This document shows, one piece after another, positions 42,301-55,141 of a stretch of 64,000 nt of DNA. The DNA is taken from positions 2,294,001-2,358,000 of the forward strand of contig CM022670.1 in assembly GCA_012295275.1 (NCBI GenBank), written 5' to 3'. The notes under the pieces are model-generated. The model was not told the DNA's origin. It was given only the letters and a program-made list of their open reading frames with translations, and made no database searches. A program made the position numbers and the translations under genes. The stretch is from Chrysomallon squamiferum. Its lineage: Eukaryota; Animalia; Mollusca. The number at the start of each line of letters is the position of its first letter. Positions within the stretch are counted from its first letter, which is position 1.

Positions 42301-44895
42301 CTGCAAACTGCGCTACACAGAAGTCATTTATGAATAAAAATAATAATAAATTATCTGCCAAGTGTAACTGAAGATTATTATTATTATTATTATTTTTTTT
42401 TTTTTTTAACTTTTTGATAAAAACAATTGCGTATGGTGTGTTCTGTTGCTTGTTGATCTTTGTTAGGCTAAAACAGAGAATGTGATTCCTAAACAATTTA
42501 CCTTGCTCTGTAGACAATGCTCCCATTTGTGTAGATATGCATCATCTTGTTCGGCACGGTCACTTCGTGGAACGATGACCGTTTCTCGTTTACTATGAAC
42601 AAATCAGGAACCCACACTTGGTCCATTAACTTGGTATCCAGTTCCAAATAGGGCGCCTCTATCAGGTTTAAAAATTGCAGGCGTTTATCTCTCCATCTTT
42701 GATCAATAATGATGCTTGCCGTGAATTCCTGAAAAGTAAAGGTAAATGAAACGACTCGTTTTGAAGTCGACGTTTTCGTGCATGCAGTCATTTACCTAAT
42801 CCTATAATATCAAAAAGTATTTTAAAATAAATAAGTAAATAAAGCAAATAAAGAACACTGACCCAAATAAAGAACTTTTATTTTCCTAAATAAATGTGAA
42901 GTAAAAAGTATATAACACGAATCTAACTATTATCCACTGATACGATCATCAGTTCGTTCTATCCGTGTGTATAAGAATGTATAATGTTTATCTTTATTTC
43001 AAATAAAAATACTTAGTTCCATGTCTTTATATACAGACGTCTACATCCAAGCTATCTTTGACTATATCAACTCCATTTTGCAGAGACATCTATATACGTT
43101 TATATTCTTTTTCCATCATAATTCCAATAGATAATACAAATCGTATCTTTTTATGTTTATGTTGGCCAGTCTGTAAACGTCAACTGACTCTAGGAGATAA
43201 TACTGATATGTATATTTGCTTCTCTGTATATTTCAGATGACTATTCCAGACATATTTAATTATCTGTCTCTTTGTCTACACCTCTCCACAGACTAGACCA
43301 CACACACCTGTGACTGTGTGTTTACGTAAAGGGCTTCATATTATTTCTAAAGACTTGATACGATATCGTGTAACATGCTTCATTTAATAATCAGAATTTC
43401 AGGAGAAGATAATTTTTAAAGAAAAATTTAATAAAATAATTATAATTATAAGCTATACATTTATCCAGATTAATTTCTTTTGTGTAAAGTCTGTTGATTT
43501 TCAGAGATCTAATTAAAATATGTTTTCCCTTTCCTTTCTGAGATCATTCTTATTTGATAAACCGATAATCACATATTACCTATTCACAAAAATTCAGTTC
43601 AGTCACCATAACTGAAACGCATAGACATTTGTGATTAAACACGAATGTGTGTCTTGGACACACAGACTATCTGCTTATAATAGCGTTCATGTTACTCTTT
43701 AGAAAGATCAGTTAGACCAGTGACACGTGGAGGTAGCGCCCCGATTACAACAGCGAGGAACGTAGAACAACGGATAAAGCTTTGTATTTACACAAATAAA
43801 TACTTTCAATTACAATACATAATTCATCCCTGTATAAAATTTAACCTTACAAATTTATCGGAAACGGGACGCTAAAAAATAAATGATTAAGAACCAACGA
43901 GTTAGAGATCATTTCTCAAATTATTCTGGTCAGTTCACTGGTTTAAGAAATTCGATCTCAGCATCCCAGTAAATTTCGAAGGTATATTTTAATATGAATA
44001 TAAAATATCGATAAATTTCAGATCGATGTCCTGTAAACATTTACATTAACATGCTTGTAATATTATCCAAATTCAGTAAAATCATTTGATAAACACATCA
44101 ATGCGTGTGTACACTTGGAAGAATTGATCTTACGATTTACTCATTCTCAGATACGTTTCTCTGGAAAATTCATACAGAATCTGGTGATCGACGAATAAAC
44201 AAAAATTTTTTTTACGACAGTTCATTCCATGAAGAGGAATCAAACACGTGATTGTTTACATACTGGTGATGACTTGAGATCAGAAACCATGTGTCCTGAC
44301 TCAAAGGATACTGCAATCGATTATAATTTTATATATGCTCCTTGACTTACACAGGTAAGAACATGAAATAGTCGTAGCCTTTGATTAGAAAGGGAAGTCG
44401 CTGAAATGGGAAATAAAGTAACGGACAACTCGAGAGGACTTTAAGTTTCATCCATGACGGGAAAATATACAAAAGATGATACCAGAGATAATTATTCCTT
44501 TGAACGTTTATGCTTCAATCAAGGAAAAGATATCAACGTTCTGACTAGCAATACTTGCTTCCCAAGTAATGGAAACTCACCATATTCGTCTCACTGATCG
44601 AGTCGAAGCTGTTCATGTACAGGCTGACAAAGACTTCGCAAGGATCATCTGCAAAACAATAACGTGTAATTCAGACACGACTGCGGCAGATAAAGAAATA
44701 TCGGTTAAACCTAAGCGCTGAGAAAAAGAGTATTTTATACATAAAATTCGATATTGTTGAACTCACAAAGAACTTAGTTATTTGCTGAATTCTAATGAAA
44801 ATACAAGACACATGATTATAGGAAGAAATGAAATGATTTCATATTAGATGTGTTTTAAACTCTTTCCCTTCAATACACTTCGAAAAAACTGCGTC

Positions 44896-44977
<82 letters not shown>

Positions 44978-45930
44978 ATAAAAATAATAAACAATAATAA
45001 CAATAATAATATCAGCAACAAGAATATTAAAATTTCATTTTTAATACATATTATATTAAGACGAATAGTTAACTTTTGTTACTTTGTGTATACATACATA
45101 TATACGTACATATATAAAACAGACTTGGTTACTATAGTGACGTATTGTAAGATATCACTCATGTTAGGTAATGATTCTGAAGATAATCATAGTCGTTTGA
45201 GTATGTAAACTTAAAAATTGATTTTTACTTCAGTCTTTACTATTGACATTTCGTGTGGTAACTTCACATATATTCACAACGGGCTGCTTTGGGGTGGTGT
45301 CAAAGTAATTCACAAGTCAAGCCTATGTAGAATTCATTTATTTTCAGCTTAATTTTAATAGTCTCGTCTCGAGGTGGTATAACAGTCCGCTAAAATTTCT
45401 CCCATCATTTTAAATCGAACTCATTTGTTAGAAAAGGAATATTTTATTTAACAAAACTCATTTTTAAACTACGGTTAAAGACCATGCATACAATGAAAGA
45501 GGAAATCTGTTGATTCAAACATGTTAAAAATATTCTCATGATTTGTGATGAGGGTATCGGGTTTCTTCTTGTATAGTGTGTATAAACGACTATTGTGTTC
45601 TTTTTACAGTACCAGCGAATTCGAAAATGACAGATCTAAAGGAACGTAAAGCTAAAATTATTATTAAATGAGTATACTAGCCAGAATCGTTGCCAACCCT
45701 ACGATTGGTATAGTATTCAAATAACATTTTTTTTTTTTTTTTCATCCTTTTATATTTTTAATTATCTTATTTTATTTTTATTTTAATAGTATCTATCTGT
45801 ATATGTACGTGTCTAAATTATTAATTAGGAAAATAAATGTATTATAATACTCGACAAGGGGTGATAATCTGAACTCGGAAAATAGAATCTTCTGCCAGTG
45901 AACTTTAAAATGTGTTTATTTTTATATTAT

Positions 45931-45966
<36 letters not shown>

Positions 45967-48014
45967 TGTTTTATATTTTGTGTCAGAACGTAATAATCTG
46001 TATTACACAAATTATTATTTTTTCAACTTTTATTTTTTGTTAGATTAGATCATTCATTATAGCATACAATTAACATCAATCCTGAAACGTTTATTTTTTT
46101 TTTTTCCCCCCCCCTAATTATTATTATATTTTTTTAAACTCGTCTTGACTTTTCTAAGCTATCCAATTCCACTGATACCACTATTAGCCATGTTTATCAG
46201 ATTACTGTTTTTACTGGAGCTAAAACTCTTAACGCACACAGTCTCTTCAGACGCCACGAAAAACTCTCATAACGTGTTACAGGGGTATCAAATCATATTA
46301 CCATCATTAAATCTACTTTACTGCAACGAAATCACTTAGCACTCGCCCTCCATAAAACTATTACAATCTTTATAAAACATGAAACGATTTCATTTTGAGA
46401 TGAATAAATATATACATCATAAGCTATACGCGGATCCATGGGACTGGGGCTAAACCGTGATGTCCACCAATCCTTTTTTGAAAGTGCTAATCAGAGCAAG
46501 CTGTTGTGAAGCACGTCTACAACGGGCACGCTTTCTGACAGATCAGCGCGTGTGTCCGTCGCAGAAATAATGTGAAATATAAATGATTAACTTATATAGT
46601 GATGACGGCATTAAAATACTCTAAAGAATAATCTATACTGTTGGCATTTATTCACATTGTCAGTTTATTTAACCAGGTGATTATAAATAGCACTGATGTA
46701 AATTCAAATGTGATTAAACAGTACTCAACAGTTTGATTAAAATATACTCAACAGTTGTATTAAACAGTAATCAACAGTTCGATTAAACAGTACAAATATA
46801 TATTAACATGTTGATTATATAATATTTTTGCATTTTAACCACGGAGTATTGTAGATTCAGGTAGTTGTACATTAGTGTACAAACTCACCTCAGTCAGAGT
46901 GGTAAAAAGATTTAGTGTATTTTAACCACTTCATAGTATCTTAGAATTATTACTAAATTAGAAATAAAAAATATAAATGTCTGTTTTTCCTGTAAATCTG
47001 AGGTCTTCACACGATAGCATTTATCATTTATTAAGACGGTTGTTGTTAATTTTTAACATGATAAATACAAAGCACATATTTATAAAGTTGGTGAGGAAAT
47101 CAGAAAAAATAATAAAATAGGCTAACTTACCTTGTTCGTAATTAGGAGGAATGCTAAAATCATAATCTATTAACAAGGCTTTCAAGAACTCTCCTCTGAA
47201 AATATATGCAATGATACGTTCATAGACTTAAATTAAATTATGCATAGACTTAAATTAAGTGTCAACAAAGAAAAAAATGAACTACTATTACCTTTACCTT
47301 TATTGCTGCTACTATCTCTATATTTATTGTAAAAACTACTTCTACTACTACTGTGGTTGCTTCTGCGACATTAGTGTCTAATACAATATAATTATTGTTA
47401 AAATAACACTTCTGCTACCACTGCCATCACTACTGCTACTGCCACTCCTACCGTTACTACTACTAAACTACCACTAATACTATTAACACTACTATTTCTA
47501 TTGCCCGTCTACTAGACCTACCACAAGTATCATTTGGTTATTGTAACATAAAACATATTAAGACTGTTTATAAACATTTCTTTATCAGTTCTTTAATTTG
47601 TTTACACCAAATATCTCCAAATCATATACTACAAGCACTACTACCAAACTATTATTTGCTTATCTGTAATGGTAACAGTTACTGAAGTAATAGTAACATT
47701 AACAATATTAATACACGCTGCAATGGTTCTATGAATTCAGCTTTTAATCAGTTCTTTAAACCTTTTATACCCAGTATCTCCATATCATCTACCATCACTA
47801 CTATAAACTTGTATTTGCTTATCAGTAATTGTAACAGATACTGAAGTAAAAGTAACAGAAATGTTTATACAAGTTGTAACAGTTCTATAAATTCTTACTT
47901 TGTAAATCCTCTACTGGGACTGTCTTTGCACATTTGAAATGGTGCGAAGATCAACATTCCTAGAACGAGAAAGACACAACGACAACACGTATTTCCTGCA
48001 GAAACTGAGAACAT
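39322..48014 (-). CDS. Anion-selective Cys-loop ligand-gated ion channel subunit (GlyR/GluCl/HisCl-like); 419 aa from ATG 48014, or 466 aa from ATG 48155
   Basis: Exons 48014-47899, 47195-47131, 44648-44581, 42728-42502, 41196-41114, 40794-40663, 40317-39914 and 39486-39322 are phase-consistent. Features: Cys-loop [26 protein letters not shown], loop C disulfide [13 protein letters not shown]2 [19 protein letters not shown] (PAR anion filter), [21 protein letters not shown]4 [21 protein letters not shown]. Confidence 0.95.
44901..44973. repeat. (AG)n microsatellite
   Basis: Uninterrupted AG run. Confidence 0.97.
47575..47885. repeat. Diverged tandem duplication, about 165 bp, in the first coding intron of the channel gene
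   Basis: ATCAGTTCTTTAA...TATCTCCA...ATTTGCTTATC..TAAT.GTAACAG.TACTGAAGTAA occurs at about 47584 and 47747. Confidence 0.75.
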
Positions 48015-48522
48015 TTTCAAAAAGCTGCCAAAGAAAAATTCGCCCGTAACAGACGACGGCTGATTGCCGTATGTTTCTGTGACGTCTGCGAGCCAAACTT
48101 CGCTCGCGTAGACCAGACAAATCGATAAAGTGGCACAATAGCTAATTATTTTCATAGATGTCAGTGAATTAATTATCTTGTTTGCATTTCCAAACACGGT
48201 AGTAGTTTATTTAAATGAATAAATTAGCATCGTTTCTTGTGTAAAATTAAACGTTTGAGTATTCAGGGGAAGGCACATATTTTCGTATGATCGACCGTAC
48301 TGACACCTAAAAATTGAAGAAAGATCAATAACAATAGCGTAAATATGCATACATAATTAGAACAATATTTTTTTTATTCTTGTGTAGTATCACTTGCATT
48401 AATTCTACTACTGCTACCACTGCTATCCTAGTATCACTATTACTTCCACTGTTACCATCATCTCTAGCACTACCTTTACGATCTTTACTACTGCAACTGT
48501 TTTTTATTCTAATTACAATACG

Positions 48523-48568
<46 letters not shown>

Positions 48569-49922
48569 CAATAATAATAAAATTATCAAGAATTAAGATA
48601 TCTGTTTAAAAAAAAAAAAAAAAACAACAACAACAATAATAGCAATAATAAATAAATAAATAAAAAAAAAAAAAAAAAAAAAAAAACGAAATAATTAATA
48701 ATTCTGTTGTATAAGACATTTCTTAAAGTCAACAGGAATGTTTTGTAAAGTGGCTGATCCAAGCGAAACCATTTTCTCACACAAACAAATACATCTATCT
48801 GCCAGTCTGACTGTCTAAGTATATATTTTGAATGTTTTTATATGTGAATGTATATATGTGTATATGTGTGTATGTATGAGTATATGTGTGTGTCAATGTA
48901 TGTATGTATCTATTTTTATCTATCCGTCTATCTGTTTATTTATCTTTTTGTCTGTCTATTTATATATCTATGTTTTTGTATGTCTCTGTATCTATCTATC
49001 TATCTTTATATATGTAATTAGTGGATGAATATGTAAAGAAATCCATTAAGACACCAACATCAACAGTTATAAACTCTTCTGGAATAAACTAATTACAGAT
49101 TGTAAATAAATAAATTTTAATGTAAGATAGATAGTACCCGCAGTTTAATTAGGCACACTGACAGTAAACGTAGAATGTGTAATATTATTACTGTTGCTCA
49201 TTACACAGTTTTATTGCTTAACCGTATCCGAAACGAAAAGAAACGACTTAACAATGTTTAAAGATGCCCGAACATGCTGACATAACATTTTAACACAAAC
49301 AACTAACACACACTGAAAAAATTATAAATATAAGCCGAGCTTAATTCGACTTCCTGCCCGAACAGAAGAAAAACTGTTAAAATAGTAACCACTTATTTCT
49401 TTTATGCTGCATTCTAAGTAATATAAAAATTAAATGAAAATGACTAATTTATTCCTCAGAGCTTTCGAGTGTAACAGATTCACGCGTATTTATAACGTTG
49501 TCACCTACACATCAAAACAAAATTTATTTGTTATTTTTACATACCTATATATATATATCAGTGCCCGAAAACAAATATATGTGTTCTGTTTTTTTTTTTT
49601 CACATCTGTTAACATAAAACGATGCGTTGAAGTAATTGTAATAACTTTGCAGTGATATGCCGTCTTTCTGGATTAATTATAAATTGGAGTGTACGAAATG
49701 ACGTTATGCTAACGTGGGAAATACTTCAGGCACAATGTGTTTCCTTAAAAGATTTTTGTTTTATTGTCAAACTTTATTAGTAGTAAAGTTTGGTCGCGGA
49801 CATTTATAAAATATTGGGAGGTATGTAATATATACAATATATTTGTACGTATATAAGTAAAAAGGTTAACTTAAATAAGTATTTTTCAGTTGAAATATTT
49901 ATAAATAATCATTCTCTTCTAG

Positions 49923-49967
<45 letters not shown>

Positions 49968-50470
49968 ATTTCAACCTATTATTCTGCTCAAATAGATTAT
50001 CTGATTAATCTTACATCATAGTAACACTTACACTGTATCTGGAGCTATGGAATTTTTAATGCACTAAAATAAAATTATAGCTTTTTCTTGAAGTCCCAAA
50101 TGACTACAGAGATAATTTAATTGACAGTATTTTTAAACCACTTTCATTTTTAAAACAGTCAGCAGTCAAACGATTTTTTGTGAACATCAACCTTGTAATC
50201 CGCGTACATTTTGAAATTGCAAAACAACTTAATGTTAGTGTTTTATGTGAATTAGAAAAGAAAGTTCAGTACTGAATGAATAATAAATAAGCATTTAGAA
50301 TACAACGAAGAGTCAAAACAACAGCTCTCTATGAAAAAAATCAATAAAACGTACACCAGAAATCAATTAGCAAATGTCTTGTTATTCACTAATCATCAGA
50401 GACAAGTTGAAAAGAAGGTTTAGTTTGTCAACACCCGAATAAGAATAAATAAATTTGTTTGGTTGTTTTG

Positions 50471-50575
<105 letters not shown>

Positions 50576-51200
50576 GAATCTCAGTCCTCCTTTCTTTATT
50601 TTTTCTATCTTTGTGTCTCTATTTATATATCCATATATTCTCTCTGTTTCTGTCTCTGACTACCTCCATTTCACTTTCTCTCTATCTCTTTCTATGTTGT
50701 TGTTTTGGTTTTTTTTTTTTTTTTTTTTTTATCTCTCAGCATATTAAGCATTTTGGCATCTTAGAACGAAACAAAAAAAAAATAAAAATAAAAATAAAAA
50801 ACAAACAATTACAAATATATTATAAGAAAAAATAACTCCTTCCGTTCAGTTTATTTTTTTTTTTTTCTGAGCCAACCGGATTTACTGTGACTTTATCTAT
50901 CAAATCAGTAATCATTATGAGACAGTCGACATTTCTGGTTAATGATAATCTTTCAGTAGAATATGTCTCGGTTTCACCAGTTCGTTAATAAACAGAGAAC
51001 AGGCAAATAAGTAAATGAATGATTAGATTTTCCAATTATTTTTTTCTGATCATATGGTAATAGTTCACATAATAATCTTCTTCAGCATTTAGAGTCTTCA
51101 TAAAATGTTCATTATACATTAACACTGGTTAAGAAATGTACTGGAATGTTTTCAAGCCAACTGTGATATTTTCAGCAATTAACCATCACGGGCAAACTTT

Positions 51201-51505
51201 TTATACATGTTTACATATATTTTTACTTGAACTCTTTAAACTCGTCATATAAAACACTTCTAAATCATCTAAAGCTTTGTCTATGCACGCTTGTGAAGCC
51301 CCGTATTTCTTAAGGTGACGTATAACGTCTTCTGACGTAATGCCAGGATACAGGAAGTACGTCAGTGGATTCCCGTTCCATCTGCAGCCGTCCTCAACCT
51401 CGATAATCTGTAAAACGAAACGATTAGTATAATGGAATAAGCGTACGTATTTGTGAACATTTTAGCAATTTACAAGAAATTATTCGTTTTTCTTCTTACT
51501 GAAAT

Positions 51506-51585
<80 letters not shown>

Positions 51586-52715
51586 TACTATCCCCTTTTT
51601 CTCGTTCTCTGTATCTATCTGTCTCTGAATAATTTGCTCACGCACACACAGACACACGGATAATTTCAGGAACCCCGCAGGATTGAGTATTCACATTACT
51701 TGCTCTGTGGCATTGTAAACACCTGTGGATCACTGGAAATAAATTCACTGATAAACCGGTAGCAAATGTTGACTACGTTAGTCAGCGTAGTATATTTAAA
51801 GACCGTTTCAACACAAAGCAAATACTCGAGCATTTGGCATGCGCATTTCTTCGTAACAAACACATACTCGGAACAGTTAGCTTGATAAATGAGGTCATTC
51901 AGCTATAAAATATTTTTAGGATACCAAACGCTCGCTAGCATGATTGAACAGTTGGAAAACAATATCATAAAGCCAGTTCATACTGTCTATATATACAGAT
52001 TAGTTAATACATTAAAATATCATTATGTGTGATCTACATGCATATGGATCATAGCGATATTATCGAGAAAAAATCCAGAGAATATATTTGTTTGTGTTAA
52101 CATTAGTACTCAGACCACTAAACTGAATAGATTATTATTTTTTTTTTTTTTTTTTTTTTTTTGGCAAAGTCCACACGAGAATGTCATCGTTGTGATATTA
52201 ATTTTATATGGCAAACGCAAAAACATTTTCTGAAAACAGCATTATAACATAATATAAACACATTATAATCCTTCATACTTTACTGTGCTTATTTGATAAT
52301 GATGATATGATGATATTATTATAATAACGATATTAGGATATTGTCTGTTTGTACCTATTTTTGTGTGAATGTATATTTGATAGCTTGTGAGTTGCACGCA
52401 CGTATAAATTGAAGATATATATATCTTTAGTATAATCCAGTACATGTTGTTGAAAATAAATGATTATGTGTCTATATGTATGTGGTTATCTGTGTGTTAC
52501 TGCAAGTACGTGTGTACGCATGTGTGTAATTTGCAAATATGTCAGTGCATGTGACAGCAAGTACGTGTGAACGCTTGTGTGTCTGTGACTGCAAATACGT
52601 GCTTGTAAGTAGGTATGTGTTTGTTTACGCAAATGTGTTACCTCTATAACCCTCGTTTCACCATCGGCAATATATTCGCACGGTTGTTTGGACTGAAAGG
52701 AGTTCGTTAACGTAT
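51201..52715 (-). CDS. Unrecognised small Cys-containing protein; last two coding exons, 5'-partial
   Basis: Exon 52715-52642 (ttttttcag|...GAG|gtaaca) joins in frame to exon 51407-51201 (tttcgttttacag|...TAA): xTLTNSFQSKQPCEYIADGETRVIE|IIEVEDGCRWNGNPLTYFLYPGITSEDVIRHLKKYGASQACIDKALDDLEVFYMTSLKSSSKNICKHV*. High-complexity sequence with strong acceptors. The upstream phase-1 exon is unresolved. Confidence 0.65.
51509..51583. repeat. (TC)n microsatellite
   Basis: Uninterrupted TC run. Confidence 0.95.
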
Positions 52716-54134
52716 CTGAAAAAACACGTTGGATATCTCTTCAGTTTAACCATGTTGTGCATAGGGAAAACTATTCATATATGTTTAACAAATAGGTTAT
52801 GACTTGGGGTATGAAAGTGTGTATGGTGCGTGGGTGGGTTAAGGGTGTGGTGGTATGAGTAAAAGTATTTACTTTTGTTGAATCAACATAACCAACAAGA
52901 ACAGGAACAAAAACAAAACAGAGGGAGCAGCAACAACAATAAAAATAATAAAATCAACGACGACAACAGAAACAGTTACAGACCGCAAAAACTGTAATTT
53001 ATCAAATTAAATAATATATAAATATATTTCATTACGAAGAAGAAGAAAAAGAGAAAGAAAAAGACTTATAATCTTTATATCTTCTTGTGCTTATCTCTGT
53101 ATATAAGACGAGAAAAACCTAGTGTAAATTATAATAAACATTACAGCAATGACAGGTTAACGCATATTAAAGTACATTTACCTTTCACAATATCCATTTC
53201 GTATACACGAGTTCATATAACCGTCATTCTATACGTTGGCGAGTCTCAGCTAGTATATTTTGTTTAGATTACTACCCCAGCACTTGGTCTTTTGCCATGA
53301 GGGGACGTGTTGCAAGAAAATTTAAAACAATCCTCGATATCGTGTGTATCGTGTTAAAAAGCTTGTTATAAACACAACATTCACGGGTGTACGCTACATA
53401 CATCTGTTTTATTTACGTGTATCCGTGTTTCATTACGAGTTTATATTACATGTAAGTCTATGTTTTATTGTACCTATAATAAAGATCTGAAATAAAAGTT
53501 TTCAAAGCCAGAAGAAGCCTGGAGAGATATTCTTTCACAGATTATAAGCCCGGGATATTGGACACATACTGATAAGGGACAATAAAAAGAAACCAGCTAA
53601 GTAATATCTGTGGCTGGCTTAAACAAGTATATAATAATATACCCGTGACGTCAATACACTGGGCAAAATTATTTTGGGGACACTAGATTTATTTTCAAAT
53701 GTACGTGAAATGACTTTGTCTTAAAACAAATAATAAGGAAAGGTTTTAACGAATAACAACTGATCGATATTGTAATGTTGCCAAATTAAAATTTTTACAT
53801 TATCTAAATTATTTTTCTCTTTCTTTCTCTGAATGATCATTTCTGTTCTGTTCTGTTCTGTCTGTCTATTCGATTGTCGTTTGCATAATTCTATGTGTAA
53901 ACATTTGACATTATTTCTGATTTCATTTGAATTATTACAACGAAATCATAACAATCATTAATTTATTATTTATGTATAACTAAATATACTGTTCAGCTTA
54001 ATTAAATACTATTATTTGTACATATATGTGTGTGTCTGTGTATATACGTATTATCGTGGTGACATGACACAAGCCAAAGAAAAGGACAATAATAAAAGGA
54101 TCACTTTCATTATCATAATCTAATCTACACACAC

Positions 54135-54165
<31 letters not shown>

Positions 54166-54671
54166 AATATATAAATATATATTTACAAAGAAGTAATTAT
54201 AGTATATGTTTCCAGTATCAGTAACACGTCACACCGTAAATATCTGTTAAAATGACTAATATGGCGCCTTTAGCAAAATGTTTCTGCATAGAAGAGATGT
54301 TTTGCGATAATACTGCATTTAGAAGTAGCTATCTTAACTTATGTAAACAAAACATTTTTAATCACTACATTTCAGTGTAAGTCAGCTTTGATTATTTGTC
54401 ACCACCCTGGTGTTTTACTATATCCTACACATTTTATTTTCCAAAAGATAATCTTTTCCAGTATAAATATTGTTGAATGGGATAATGGGATAATACAATG
54501 CAAATGAATCATTGTTTTCTAGATTATACAAAATACAAATTTAAATATAAATACGAACCTACTGAATAGCCACGACCCAGGGGATCAGTTTGAAACATAA
54601 GAATTAAACACTATCGTATTTTATATTGATTTTCTTTCTTACACGTTGATTGTGCGAGTTCGAGACAGGCG

Positions 54672-54687
54672 TAGATAGATAGATAAG

Positions 54688-54759
<72 letters not shown>

Positions 54760-54777
54760 CAGAGACATAGATAGATA
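54672..54777. repeat. (GATA)n microsatellite
   Basis: TAGA tetranucleotide array with a few variant units. Confidence 0.95.
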
Positions 54778-55141
54778 AGACAGGCAGCTGTTCTAAGAGA
54801 ATAATAATAATGAAATAAACTGAAATGAAATTAATATTTATTTGTTTATTTTATATATTTAGAATAAAAAATAAAAAAAACCATAACGTTCTTTTGGATG
54901 AATATAAAACAAGCATCAAAATGTTTTAAAAAAACAAAATCCTCATTTCAAAAATATTAAAAGTTTTTTTGTGATTCTGAATGCTGGAATTAACATCAAA
55001 GTTACAAGTTGGACGTAATTATCTCCATTATTTATTTTATTATCATTATTAATCTTCTTTTTTTAAATCTCATTTTATCCGCCATTTTGTCTTTTTCATC
55101 TTTATCGACAACAGATTATTTTTCCAGTGACGTCATCGAAA

